Shown piece by piece: positions 38,844 through 46,924 of a stretch of DNA of 64,000 bases. The notes beneath the pieces were generated by a model. That model made no database searches and was not told the origin of the DNA. It worked only from the letters and a program-made list of their open reading frames with translations. The stretch covers positions 576,001 through 640,000 of the forward strand of contig CATQHZ020000001.1 of NCBI GenBank assembly GCA_958296135.2. The letters are read 5' to 3'. The number at the start of each line of letters is the position of its first letter. Position 1 is the first letter of the stretch. Position numbers and translations under genes: made by a program. Source of the DNA: an uncultured Poribacteria bacterium. Its GTDB lineage: Bacteria; Poribacteria; WGA-4E; WGA-3G.

Positions 38844-39446
38844 TTACTCTGTCTTCTCACGAATCGTGATATTCGTGATTGCGTCGCCTTTGACGATGCT
38901 GTCAACTACCTCCATCCCGCTGAGCACTGTTCCAAAGACGGTGTAATCGCTATCAACGAGCGTGGTATTGCGGCATAAGAAGAATTGGGAGGCATCGGCG
39001 ACGCTAGCGCCTTCCTCCTTCGCCATTGCGACAACGCCGCGGGCCATCTTCTGCGCACCGTTCTCAATCGGGAGTGTTTCGTCCACCACAAACCGCGAAC
39101 CGGCTTGGATGAGGAGCGGTTCCACGCGGTGGAATGTCTCATCCTTATAGTTATTAAGTTTCGCGTTTTTGATGAAGTTCTGGGCGGTTTCTGGGGCTTC
39201 TGCGAGAAACTCAAACGCAATGTTGCCCTTCGCCGTTTCAATGACAGCGATGACGCTGGCCGGGTCCGTCTGCGGCTTAGCGGCGGTTTGCGTGGTGCCG
39301 GTGCCGGCGCGGCGTGCACGCGGCGCGGGAGCCGGCTTCTCTTCCTGCGTGCAGCTCATCAAAAGCGGCAGCAATAGGCCCGCCAACATGAGCAGCACGG
39401 TGAGGAAGAGGCTATGGGGTTGGTGACGCTGTTGTCGCTTGAACAT
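38844..39446 (-). CDS. Cyclophilin-type PPIase lipoprotein (divergent)
   Basis: Lipobox LMSC; IETAKGNI, FHRV, RGVVAMA, SQFF, YTVFG. Confidence 0.85.
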   Translation of the reverse strand: MFKRQQRHQPHSLFLTVLLMLAGLLLPLLMSCTQEEKPAPAPRARRAGTGTTQTAAKPQTDPASVIAVIETAKGNIAFEFLAEAPETAQNFIKNAKLNNYKDETFHRVEPLLIQAGSRFVVDETLPIENGAQKMARGVVAMAKEEGASVADASQFFLCRNTTLVDSDYTVFGTVLSGMEVVDSIVKGDAITNITIREKTE

Positions 39447-39990
39447 ATTTTGACTTCGCCTCCAATCGGATTGTTGTCATGACATCGCCTACCTCTAGCA
39501 GCGTGACGACATCCATGCCGTGGATTACACGCCCGAAGGTGGTGTAATTTCCGTCAAGGTGAGGTTGCGGTTTCAGACATAAGTAGAACTGGCTCCCGGC
39601 GGAGTCGGGCATGTTCGCCCGAGCCATCGCTACCGTGCCTCTTAAGTGAGGACGTTGGTTCGGGTTTGTATACTCGTCAATAATGTTCCAACCGGGTCCA
39701 CCCGTTCCATCGCCTTTCGGGCACCCACCCTGAATGATATTCAGCCCGGGTTCGTCAACTTTACGGTGGAATGTCAAACCATCGTAAAACTTCTGTCTGA
39801 TGAGTTTTGTGAAGTTCTCAACAGCCACGGGTGCGGCAACGGGATAAAACTCAATGACGAATTGGCCTTTGTCGGTTGTGACGACTGCTACCTGCTCTTC
39901 CGGCGGTTGATTGCCGCTAGGAGGCAGCGCGCAGCCGGCTAGCGTTTGCAAAACGAGAAACAGTAGAAATAGATACGCGGTTGTTTTCAT
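39412..39990 (-). CDS. Cyclophilin-type PPIase lipoprotein
   Basis: Lipobox LAGC; FYDGLTFHR, IQGG, GTVAMA, SAGSQFY, HLDGNYTTFG. Confidence 0.92.
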   Translation of the reverse strand: MKTTAYLFLLFLVLQTLAGCALPPSGNQPPEEQVAVVTTDKGQFVIEFYPVAAPVAVENFTKLIRQKFYDGLTFHRKVDEPGLNIIQGGCPKGDGTGGPGWNIIDEYTNPNQRPHLRGTVAMARANMPDSAGSQFYLCLKPQPHLDGNYTTFGRVIHGMDVVTLLEVGDVMTTIRLEAKSKYVQATTASPTP

Positions 39991-40106
39991 GAACGTTCCT
40001 TAAAACTGAATGCCTCCCACAAGCGCGCTTGCAAAGCGCGCCTACCGGGCTACGTGAATGCCTTCTGGCGGCGCGGTTTCCAACAGTACCTACCAGTGCG
40101 TGTGGA

Positions 40107-40856
40107 TTATCGGGATTTCAGGCGTGCCCAAGTTATCGCCAACTTATGGCGTGCATCTACTGCCAATGTGACAGGCGCCTCCATATCCGCCTGTAACGCC
40201 GCCTTCGTCAAAGCGTAGTTATACATTTTGATTTCATCAAGCGCGCCGGTAAGAAAACGTTCACTCCCGCCGCGCGCGCCGATGAAAAGCGCGTCATCGT
40301 TCGGGTTGAGCTTGCCTTTACACGCCATCTCGGCTTCAACTTCACCGTCAATGTAGAGCAGAATAGTATCGCCGTCCCAGGTGCCGGCGAGGAAATGCCA
40401 CTCGCCATCTTGAATACTGGGCCCGATGTTTTCGTCGTTGCAGACATCGGGCAGATCGAAAAATTGCAAGATGGTGCCGCCGTTATAGAGCGCGGCGAGG
40501 TTATACAAGCCCGATATCCAGGCGACTCCCTTTTCAACGCCGCTCTGGATTGCTTCGCCGCCTTCAATAAATACCCAGAATTCAATGGTGATGCCATCGA
40601 CAATGTCAAGGCTGCCGTGGTCTGGGATTTGCGCCGAGGTTTTTCCATCGAACGCCACGGCTTTCCCGAAAACGCCATCGATGAGCTTGGGGTTGCCTTT
40701 GAAAGTTGCGTCGTTGCCGAATTCTGACCGGTCGGTGGCAACCTTGCCGTTGAGTTCATCAAAAGAGAGATGCAGCACGAGTTCTTGCGCGGCAGCTATC
40801 CTTGCGATGGCGATGAACATTAGCATGCATAACACAAAAATAGGCATCTGTTTCAT
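40107..40856 (-). CDS. Secreted LamG-like jelly-roll protein
   Basis: Signal peptide; GVFGKAVAFDG, TIEFWV, WHFLAGTWDG, LDEIKMYN; tail VDARHKLAITWARLKSR. Confidence 0.88.
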   Translation of the reverse strand: MKQMPIFVLCMLMFIAIARIAAAQELVLHLSFDELNGKVATDRSEFGNDATFKGNPKLIDGVFGKAVAFDGKTSAQIPDHGSLDIVDGITIEFWVFIEGGEAIQSGVEKGVAWISGLYNLAALYNGGTILQFFDLPDVCNDENIGPSIQDGEWHFLAGTWDGDTILLYIDGEVEAEMACKGKLNPNDDALFIGARGGSERFLTGALDEIKMYNYALTKAALQADMEAPVTLAVDARHKLAITWARLKSR

Positions 40857-40987
40857 ACGATGTGCCTCCGTGCAATAAATGATAAACGAATTCTATTTGG
40901 ATGTCAATAGAATTTAAAATAGCAAAAATGTTAAAAAAAGTCAAGGATAAAAAAAATTCGGAGAGGTTTGGTTGTGAGACACGTGCG

Positions 40988-42007
40988 TTAGGGCTGTCCG
41001 GTCTGGATGTTTACCGCATTAAGTTTATTACGCAACGTCTTTCGGCTAATGCCCAAAACCGCCGCGGTTTTCGTCTGATTTCTACCCATTCGTTCGTAGG
41101 TATCTAGAATATACCGCTGTTCTGCTTCCGCCAGCGTGAGTCCAATTGGGGACATTTGCTGCAAGTGCTCTTGAGAGGACTGAATGTCTGTGCGTTGGAG
41201 ACTAGGTTTCCGAATTTTAATGGGGAGGTGCATCGGTAAGATAACGTCTCCTTGCGCGAAGACGATTGCACAGATGACAACTTTTCTCAACTCTCGGACG
41301 TTCCCGGGCCATGGGTAACTTTCAAGGAGTGCAAATGTCTCCGGTGCGATGCCGCCGGCTTCTCTCTGTAAACGTTGGCTCTCTTTTTCCAGAAAGTAGT
41401 CTACCAACAACGGGATGTCCCCGGTTCGTTCCCGTAGCGGCGGCAAATAGATACTAAACCCGTCCAACCGATAATAGAGATCTGGGCGAAAGGTGCCGGT
41501 CCTCACCGCTTCATCAAGGTTGCAGTTGGTGGCTGCCACAATTCGGATATCCACGTAAATCTTTTTTCTGCCGCCGATGTGTTCAATTTCGCCGCTCTCT
41601 AGGGCGCGGAGCAATTTGGGCTGAAGGAGGAGTGACAGTTCTCCGATTTCATCAAGGAATAATGTTCCCTTGTGTGCCTGTTCAAACTTACCGTGATGCT
41701 CTTTCTTGGCGTCCGTATATGCTCCGGCATCATGCCCGAACATTTCGTTCTCCATGAGTTCTGGGGGAATTGCTGCACAGTTCACCGTAATTTTCTGTGC
41801 TTGTGCGCGGCGGCTGTTTTCGTGCAAGGCATCTGCTACGAGCTCCTTGCCGGTGCCCGTTTCGCCGTGAATCATCACCGAGACAGGTAAGTCCGCGAAC
41901 AGATCGATTTGTTTGAGGATTTCGAGAATCTGTGGGCTGTTGCCAATGATGTCGGCATAATTGCCCTTCAGGGCATCTCTGGCGTTTTTCTGGGTTCTGT
42001 TTTTCAT
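40988..42007 (-). CDS. Sigma-54-dependent Fis-family activator lacking a sensory domain
   Basis: GETGTGKE, GAYTDA, LFLDEIG, FRPDLYYRL, WPGNVREL, C-terminal HTH; AAA domain starts at about residue 19. Confidence 0.93.
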   Translation of the reverse strand: MKNRTQKNARDALKGNYADIIGNSPQILEILKQIDLFADLPVSVMIHGETGTGKELVADALHENSRRAQAQKITVNCAAIPPELMENEMFGHDAGAYTDAKKEHHGKFEQAHKGTLFLDEIGELSLLLQPKLLRALESGEIEHIGGRKKIYVDIRIVAATNCNLDEAVRTGTFRPDLYYRLDGFSIYLPPLRERTGDIPLLVDYFLEKESQRLQREAGGIAPETFALLESYPWPGNVRELRKVVICAIVFAQGDVILPMHLPIKIRKPSLQRTDIQSSQEHLQQMSPIGLTLAEAEQRYILDTYERMGRNQTKTAAVLGISRKTLRNKLNAVNIQTGQP

Positions 42008-42084
42008 CGCTTTTCCTTTCTTTGGGCGAGTAGGGCTCGGCCTGAACGCGCTGCTTTTTTGGCGTGTTCGTCATCATTTGGGAC

Positions 42085-42113
42085 TATGATAACAGATTTT
42101 CAAAAAATGTCAA
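42085..42113 (-). promoter_or_regulatory. Sigma-70 promoter of the 40988 activator
   Basis: Minus strand TTGACA-16 bp-TATCAT with extended -10 TG. Confidence 0.55.
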
Positions 42114-42389
42114 GGAAAAACCCAAAAAGATTTTCGCTCGTGTCAAGAGAAAAGCGGCAGCTCGGCAAATCTTTTTAAAAGACAAACGCAGCGTCAAACG
42201 GATGACGCTGCGCTTGTTCTGGCACCTGTATAGAAACGCGTCTACAGTGACGACATGCTTGCTGTGTCTGACGCGTCGGTTGTATTCTCCACCTCTGAGC
42301 GTGCAGCTATATTGTGGACAGAACGGGAGAACCCTTCTGTCAGTGCCTTCGGTTCAGAGCAGTAAAGGAAAGCCGCTAGCGGCCTCCGG

Positions 42390-42766
42390 CTAATTACACG
42401 GCCCTCCAAGGAAGTGGTGGTAAGTGTCCGCATGGACGTTCGTCGTCATGTTGTGGGACGTGTGCTCATACACGGTTTTATAGTGCACAAGATAGACCGG
42501 AGTCCCATCTTCACTTCTTATCCATGTTCCCACCGCCACTTCTCGCGGGGTGGCCGGCGGGTGATTGTACGCCTCTTCGGTAGTGGTGAATCGGTTCTCC
42601 GTATAGCAATAGTTTCCATTGCTATCGAAGAAATGATGAGTCCCGGACCACTCATGTCGAACGTTCGGCGTTGCATTCGCTGGTTTAACCACGACAGACG
42701 AAGGTAGCGTGAACAGCGTAGCAACAAAGACGAGGAGAGCTAAGCCTCCAAGAAATTTTTCAACAT
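42390..42766 (-). pseudogene. Small secreted His-rich protein, frameshifted in an A5 run after codon 2
   Basis: AGGAGG-ATG 42766 reads MLKNFLEA*; one extra A gives MLKKFLGGLALLVFVATLFTLPSSVVVKPANA joined to the 42390-42692 ORF. Confidence 0.7.
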
Positions 42767-43172
42767 TGTTCAGTCCTCCTTGACATAGAAGACGTTGGCT
42801 AATAGGTTAAAGGCGAGTCTAGGTTCGATTGACGTACAGTGGCGCATCTACTCTTTAGTATCACGCGATCCCAAAACACGTGGACAGAACCAATTTTCGC
42901 CTTTTGGGTTTATGACAGTTAGGACAGCGCAAATCTATCATCTCTAGTAGGTGCTCCTTGAAAAGGCACACGCCAAAATACAAGGGGTAAACCGCGCCTA
43001 CCGGATGCGTTCTGCGTCAGACCTGGACAAATTTCTGACAGGTTCCAGATATCCCTATAGTGCTACTTGTTTTGCAACACGCTTTGAGACTCGATTCTGG
43101 CGTAAAAAACCGGTTAAAACCGTTTTCTACCTCATTGGTTTGATTAAAGGTGGTGCAGCAGGATTTGGATTT

Positions 43173-43751
43173 TTACGCGTCTTCATCCCCTTCATCCTCT
43201 TCATCCACCTCGCCTTCTTGCCTCCTTTTCTGCTCGGCTCGTATTTTCTTTAGTTCCGCCTTGGCCTCACCTCTGGTTAGGCCCCGTTGTTCCATTAGTT
43301 GTTTAATGACAACTTCATCGCGAGCATTCACAGAGATGATATTGACTTGTCCGCCTTCTGCCCTCAGTTTTCGGTGGTGTTCGAGTGAGCGCAGCGTTGC
43401 TTCTCTCGGAAAGAGATGATAGAGTGCTTCAAGATAGCCGATGAATTCATCATGAGCTTGTGATAACCCTCGTCGCAGTTTGCGTTCGCCGTCCACGACG
43501 ATGTGGACCTGGGGGATATCTCCAAATCTCTTGAGCAGCACCGCACGATAATAGGTAAGGTATAACGCCGTGTTTTCTGTCAGGTACCAGTCTCGAGGGA
43601 CGACTATGGCTTCCTCTTCGGGGGAAGACACAGTGGCAATACGAAACGGCGATTCTGCAGCCTCCTCAGCGTCTCCGCAACCAAAAAATGCGGACAAACC
43701 GAAGAGACATACAAAATAAAAAAACGAGTGTAAGGTACGAAGGTTTTTCAT
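43173..43751 (-). CDS. Hypothetical lipoprotein
   Basis: Lipobox FFGC; acidic tail. Confidence 0.75.
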   Translation of the reverse strand: MKNLRTLHSFFYFVCLFGLSAFFGCGDAEEAAESPFRIATVSSPEEEAIVVPRDWYLTENTALYLTYYRAVLLKRFGDIPQVHIVVDGERKLRRGLSQAHDEFIGYLEALYHLFPREATLRSLEHHRKLRAEGGQVNIISVNARDEVVIKQLMEQRGLTRGEAKAELKKIRAEQKRRQEGEVDEEDEGDEDA

Positions 43752-43769
43752 TTTGGGTGCCTCTCGGAA

Positions 43770-43886
43770 ATGATATTGACTTGTCCGCCTTCTGCCCTCA
43801 GTTTTCGGTGGTGTTCGAGTGAGCGCAGCGTTGCTTCTCTCGGAAAGAGATGATAGAGTGCTTCAAGATAGCCGATGAATTCATCA
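43770..43886. repeat. Exact 117-bp copy of 43336-43452 (internal CDS of the adjacent gene)
   Basis: Identical base by base by eye. Confidence 0.95.
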
Positions 43887-43988
43887 ACCGACATATCGCA
43901 TAGATACGGGTGCCTCGCGCATTTTCACACTGAGGCAAAATAACCCAATGGATACCTTTCTTACCAAGAACTGGATAAAAACTACCCA
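43886..43988 (-). promoter_or_regulatory. Duplicate of the upstream enhancer region 45346-45448
   Basis: aaccgacatatcgcatagatacgggtgcctcgcgcattttcacactg...taccca in both copies; similarity extends about 40 bp further. Confidence 0.8.
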
Positions 43989-44354
43989 TCGGCAGCTCAG
44001 CCCCGCGCGCCGTTTCGCAGCACCGCGCGGAAATATAGGGAACCCTCTTCTTTCCGAGGGAGGTGCCGCTGAAGGCATCTTCGTTGGCCAACAATGGACC
44101 GCGCGGCAGCAGCATTTTTCTCACCGCGTCGGGGGTGCCTAGCGAGCCTCCAGTCCTCACGGCGCGTTGAATCTTTTTTCACTGTTTACCCAGTAAAGCA
44201 AATCGCCAGGGTTGAGCGGCGTATCCCTCACCGCTCGCAAAATGAAATCGAGCCCCCCGAGGCTCTGGCATCGCGCGAAGAACCGCTTGCTATTTCTCCA
44301 GGGGGCACCACCGTGTCGGGCTCCGCCGTTTGAGGCAAAAACCCGTTCACGTTT

Positions 44355-45209
44355 TTACCGCCGTTTGATGGCTCCCCAGGTGGTGGTTAACTTCCCCCAG
44401 GGCCGCACCTCAAAAGAGTTGCCATGGTAGGTGAGATGGTGCCCATTCCCGCTCGCATCCATCAGACGCTCCGCCTCACCCCAACCATCAAAATGCCAAA
44501 GTGCAACCGTGTGCGCATCCGGTTCAAAAGGCGCACGCGGCACCTCAATCGTCTCTTGCCAAAAATGATGCTCCAAGTTCTCCCGGGGATACCGGACGAT
44601 AGAGGAGATGCGCACCTCGTCAATCACGCCCTCGGAGAAAATCGTGGAAGGCGGACCGTCTCTGGGAGCCGGGTCAAAACCGAGCACGGGCTCGCGGGCC
44701 CCGCCAATACACAGCGGCCCCGGCGTGTTTATAAAGCCCCGAAATCCATCCAGTGCCCCCTTGAGAACGGTATTCGCGACTTCCTGACGATATTCGGCCT
44801 CAAACATCACCGCAATATAGTGCCATTGATTTATCGGCAGCCTCCCATCAGGACTCACAAGGAATCCCCATGAACGGCTATGCCCCGGGCCGTTCATCCT
44901 GAGGTTCACCTGGTCTTCGGCCAGTCCGATTTCATAACTGCCGGCTTTGTAAACGAGGGCCCATATCTCGCCCGGCTCCCCTGTCGTGTCGTTAACATCT
45001 TTCAGGGGCCGTTTGAGATAAAACCACAATTCCAAGGTGAACCCAGTCCGGCCCAGTCTGAAATCCAAGTCAAGCCGGTCAGGGATAAAGGCATACTCCC
45101 CGGGCGCGCCAATCGTGAAGTATCCGCCGCCGGCAGGCGAGGGAGGAATAGCTGGGGCCGAGGCAACGCCCCCCAGTCCTAACAGTATGAGAAAAACGAG
45201 AACGCGCAT
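44355..45209 (-). CDS. Secreted LamG-like protein
   Basis: Signal peptide; FTLELWF, QWHYIA, IDEVRIS, TVALWHFD; tail VRPWGKLTTTWGAIKRR. Confidence 0.85.
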   Translation of the reverse strand: MRVLVFLILLGLGGVASAPAIPPSPAGGGYFTIGAPGEYAFIPDRLDLDFRLGRTGFTLELWFYLKRPLKDVNDTTGEPGEIWALVYKAGSYEIGLAEDQVNLRMNGPGHSRSWGFLVSPDGRLPINQWHYIAVMFEAEYRQEVANTVLKGALDGFRGFINTPGPLCIGGAREPVLGFDPAPRDGPPSTIFSEGVIDEVRISSIVRYPRENLEHHFWQETIEVPRAPFEPDAHTVALWHFDGWGEAERLMDASGNGHHLTYHGNSFEVRPWGKLTTTWGAIKRR

Positions 45210-45328
45210 TGAAACGCTCCTTTTAGCAAGTGCCGGGTGTTCACAACGGAATATGGAATCATTAGCACAAGTCGTTTTACAATTTCGTTAGAGACTCTCA
45301 TTCTAAATTCTAATCTATTTTTAGTTTT

Positions 45329-45344
45329 AGCAAGTTTCGTGCCA
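45329..45344 (-). promoter_or_regulatory. Sigma-54 (-24/-12) promoter
   Basis: TGGCACG-AAAC-TTGCT on the minus strand. Confidence 0.85.
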
Positions 45345-45483
45345 AAACCGACATATCGCATAGATACGGGTGCCTCGCGCATTTTCACACTGGGGCAAAA
45401 TAACTCAATGGATACCTTTTTACCCGATAATAGGCTAAAAATTACCCACTGCCACATCATGCCCGCGCGCCGTTGCGGCACGG

Positions 45484-45650
45484 TCGCGGGGGACAGCCCC
45501 CGCGCTGCGGTGAGAGAAAGTGCTCGCGGGGGGAACCCTCGGCGATTAGTGCTCGCCGGGCCCCCGCGCTACGGGGAGGGAAAGTGCTCGCGGGGGGAAC
45601 CCTCGGCGATTAGTGCTCGCCGGGCCCCCGCGCTACGGGGAGGGAAAGCG
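45484..45650. repeat. REP cluster with ~63-bp tandem duplication
   Basis: aaagtgctcgcggggggaaccctcggcgattagtgctcgccgggcccccgcgctacggggaggg occurs twice. Confidence 0.85.
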
Positions 45651-45684
45651 CGTTCTCAGCAGAGGAAGGATAGGCCTGTGACGT

Positions 45685-46761
45685 TCATGCATCTCTCTCC
45701 TGAAAAGTTCTCAATTTGTTGCGCAAGGTAGGGCGGCTCACGTCTAATACCGCCGCGGTCTTCGCCTGATTTCCGCCCATCCGTGCGAGGGTTTCCAAGA
45801 TGTATATCTTCTCTACCTCCTTCAAGGTTAACCCGACAGGGATAGTGACGGTTGGCTGGTTTTGGGCTGCGAGAACCGCCTGGTTCGTGTCGGGTGCATA
45901 AAGTTTTTGCGGTAAGTGCTCCGGCAAGATAATTTTGCCTTCGGAGAGGATGAGTGCGTGAGTGACGACCTTTTTCAACTCTCGGATGTTTCCGGGCCAG
46001 GCGTAATCTTGGAGAAGTTGGAACGTCTGCGCGGCGAATCTGCCTATGGGTTCATCGGTGGCTGGCCGGTGTGCGTGCGCCTTTAACCGCTCGCGCAACG
46101 GTGGCAGCCGCATAGAAAATCGCGTGAGTTGCGGTGGTTCTTGTGAGAAGTGTTCCACTAACTCTCGGATATCCGCTTTCCGTTCGCGCAGCGGCGGCAG
46201 AGAAATGGAAAACCCCTCAAGTCGGTGATAAAGGTCTGCCCGAAATGCCCCTTCGTGAACGAGTTGCTCTAAGTTATGGTTAGTTGCGGCGATAATTCGG
46301 ACATTGACAGGCATCATAGTTTTGCCGCCGACGCGTTCAATCTCGCCTTCTTCTAGCACGCGTAGCAACTTGGGTTGGAGCGACAGGGGCAGATCGCCGA
46401 TTTCATCGAGGAACAGTGTCCCCTTGTCGGCGCGTTCAAACTTTCCGATATGCTGCCGCTTCGCATCGGTAAAGGCCCCCTGCTCATGCCCAAACAGTTC
46501 GCTCTCTAGGAGGTTCTCCTGAAGCGTTGTGCAGTTGACGACGACGAGAGGTGCTGTTGCGCGGGGGCTGTTATTGTGCATGGCGCGCGCGACTAATTCC
46601 TTGCCTGTCCCGGTCTCGCCGTAAATCATCACCGAGACATCATGTCTTGCGAGCAACTCAATTTTTGTCAGGACTTCGAGAGTCTGTGGGCTGCTGCCGA
46701 TGATGTCGCTGTAATCCCCGTGCAATGACTCTCTTGTCCTCTCTGCTGTTTCATGTTGCAT
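45685..46761 (-). CDS. Sigma-54-dependent Fis-family activator lacking a sensory domain
   Basis: GETGTGKE, ESELFGHEQGAFTDA, LFLDEIG, FRADLYHRL, WPGNIREL, HTH; internal duplicated LPPLRER. Confidence 0.93.
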   Translation of the reverse strand: MQHETAERTRESLHGDYSDIIGSSPQTLEVLTKIELLARHDVSVMIYGETGTGKELVARAMHNNSPRATAPLVVVNCTTLQENLLESELFGHEQGAFTDAKRQHIGKFERADKGTLFLDEIGDLPLSLQPKLLRVLEEGEIERVGGKTMMPVNVRIIAATNHNLEQLVHEGAFRADLYHRLEGFSISLPPLRERKADIRELVEHFSQEPPQLTRFSMRLPPLRERLKAHAHRPATDEPIGRFAAQTFQLLQDYAWPGNIRELKKVVTHALILSEGKIILPEHLPQKLYAPDTNQAVLAAQNQPTVTIPVGLTLKEVEKIYILETLARMGGNQAKTAAVLDVSRPTLRNKLRTFQERDA

Positions 46762-46924
46762 GACTTATCCTGTTTCGTTTATTTCCCCGTTAGGCGCGGT
46801 TTGTAAGCGCGCACCGGTTCGGTTGCGCGCTTACGGGCGGATAGAGACATCCGCCGTGACACGCCCTGTCGCATACTGAAACGTGAGCAAAGCGCGCCTA
46901 CGGTTGGCCTCTAGGGCTGTCCGA

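Noticed and set aside
43336-43886. Diversity-generating retroelement TR/VR pair
   Set aside because: Copies are identical with no adenine-specific changes, and there is no reverse transcriptase in the window.
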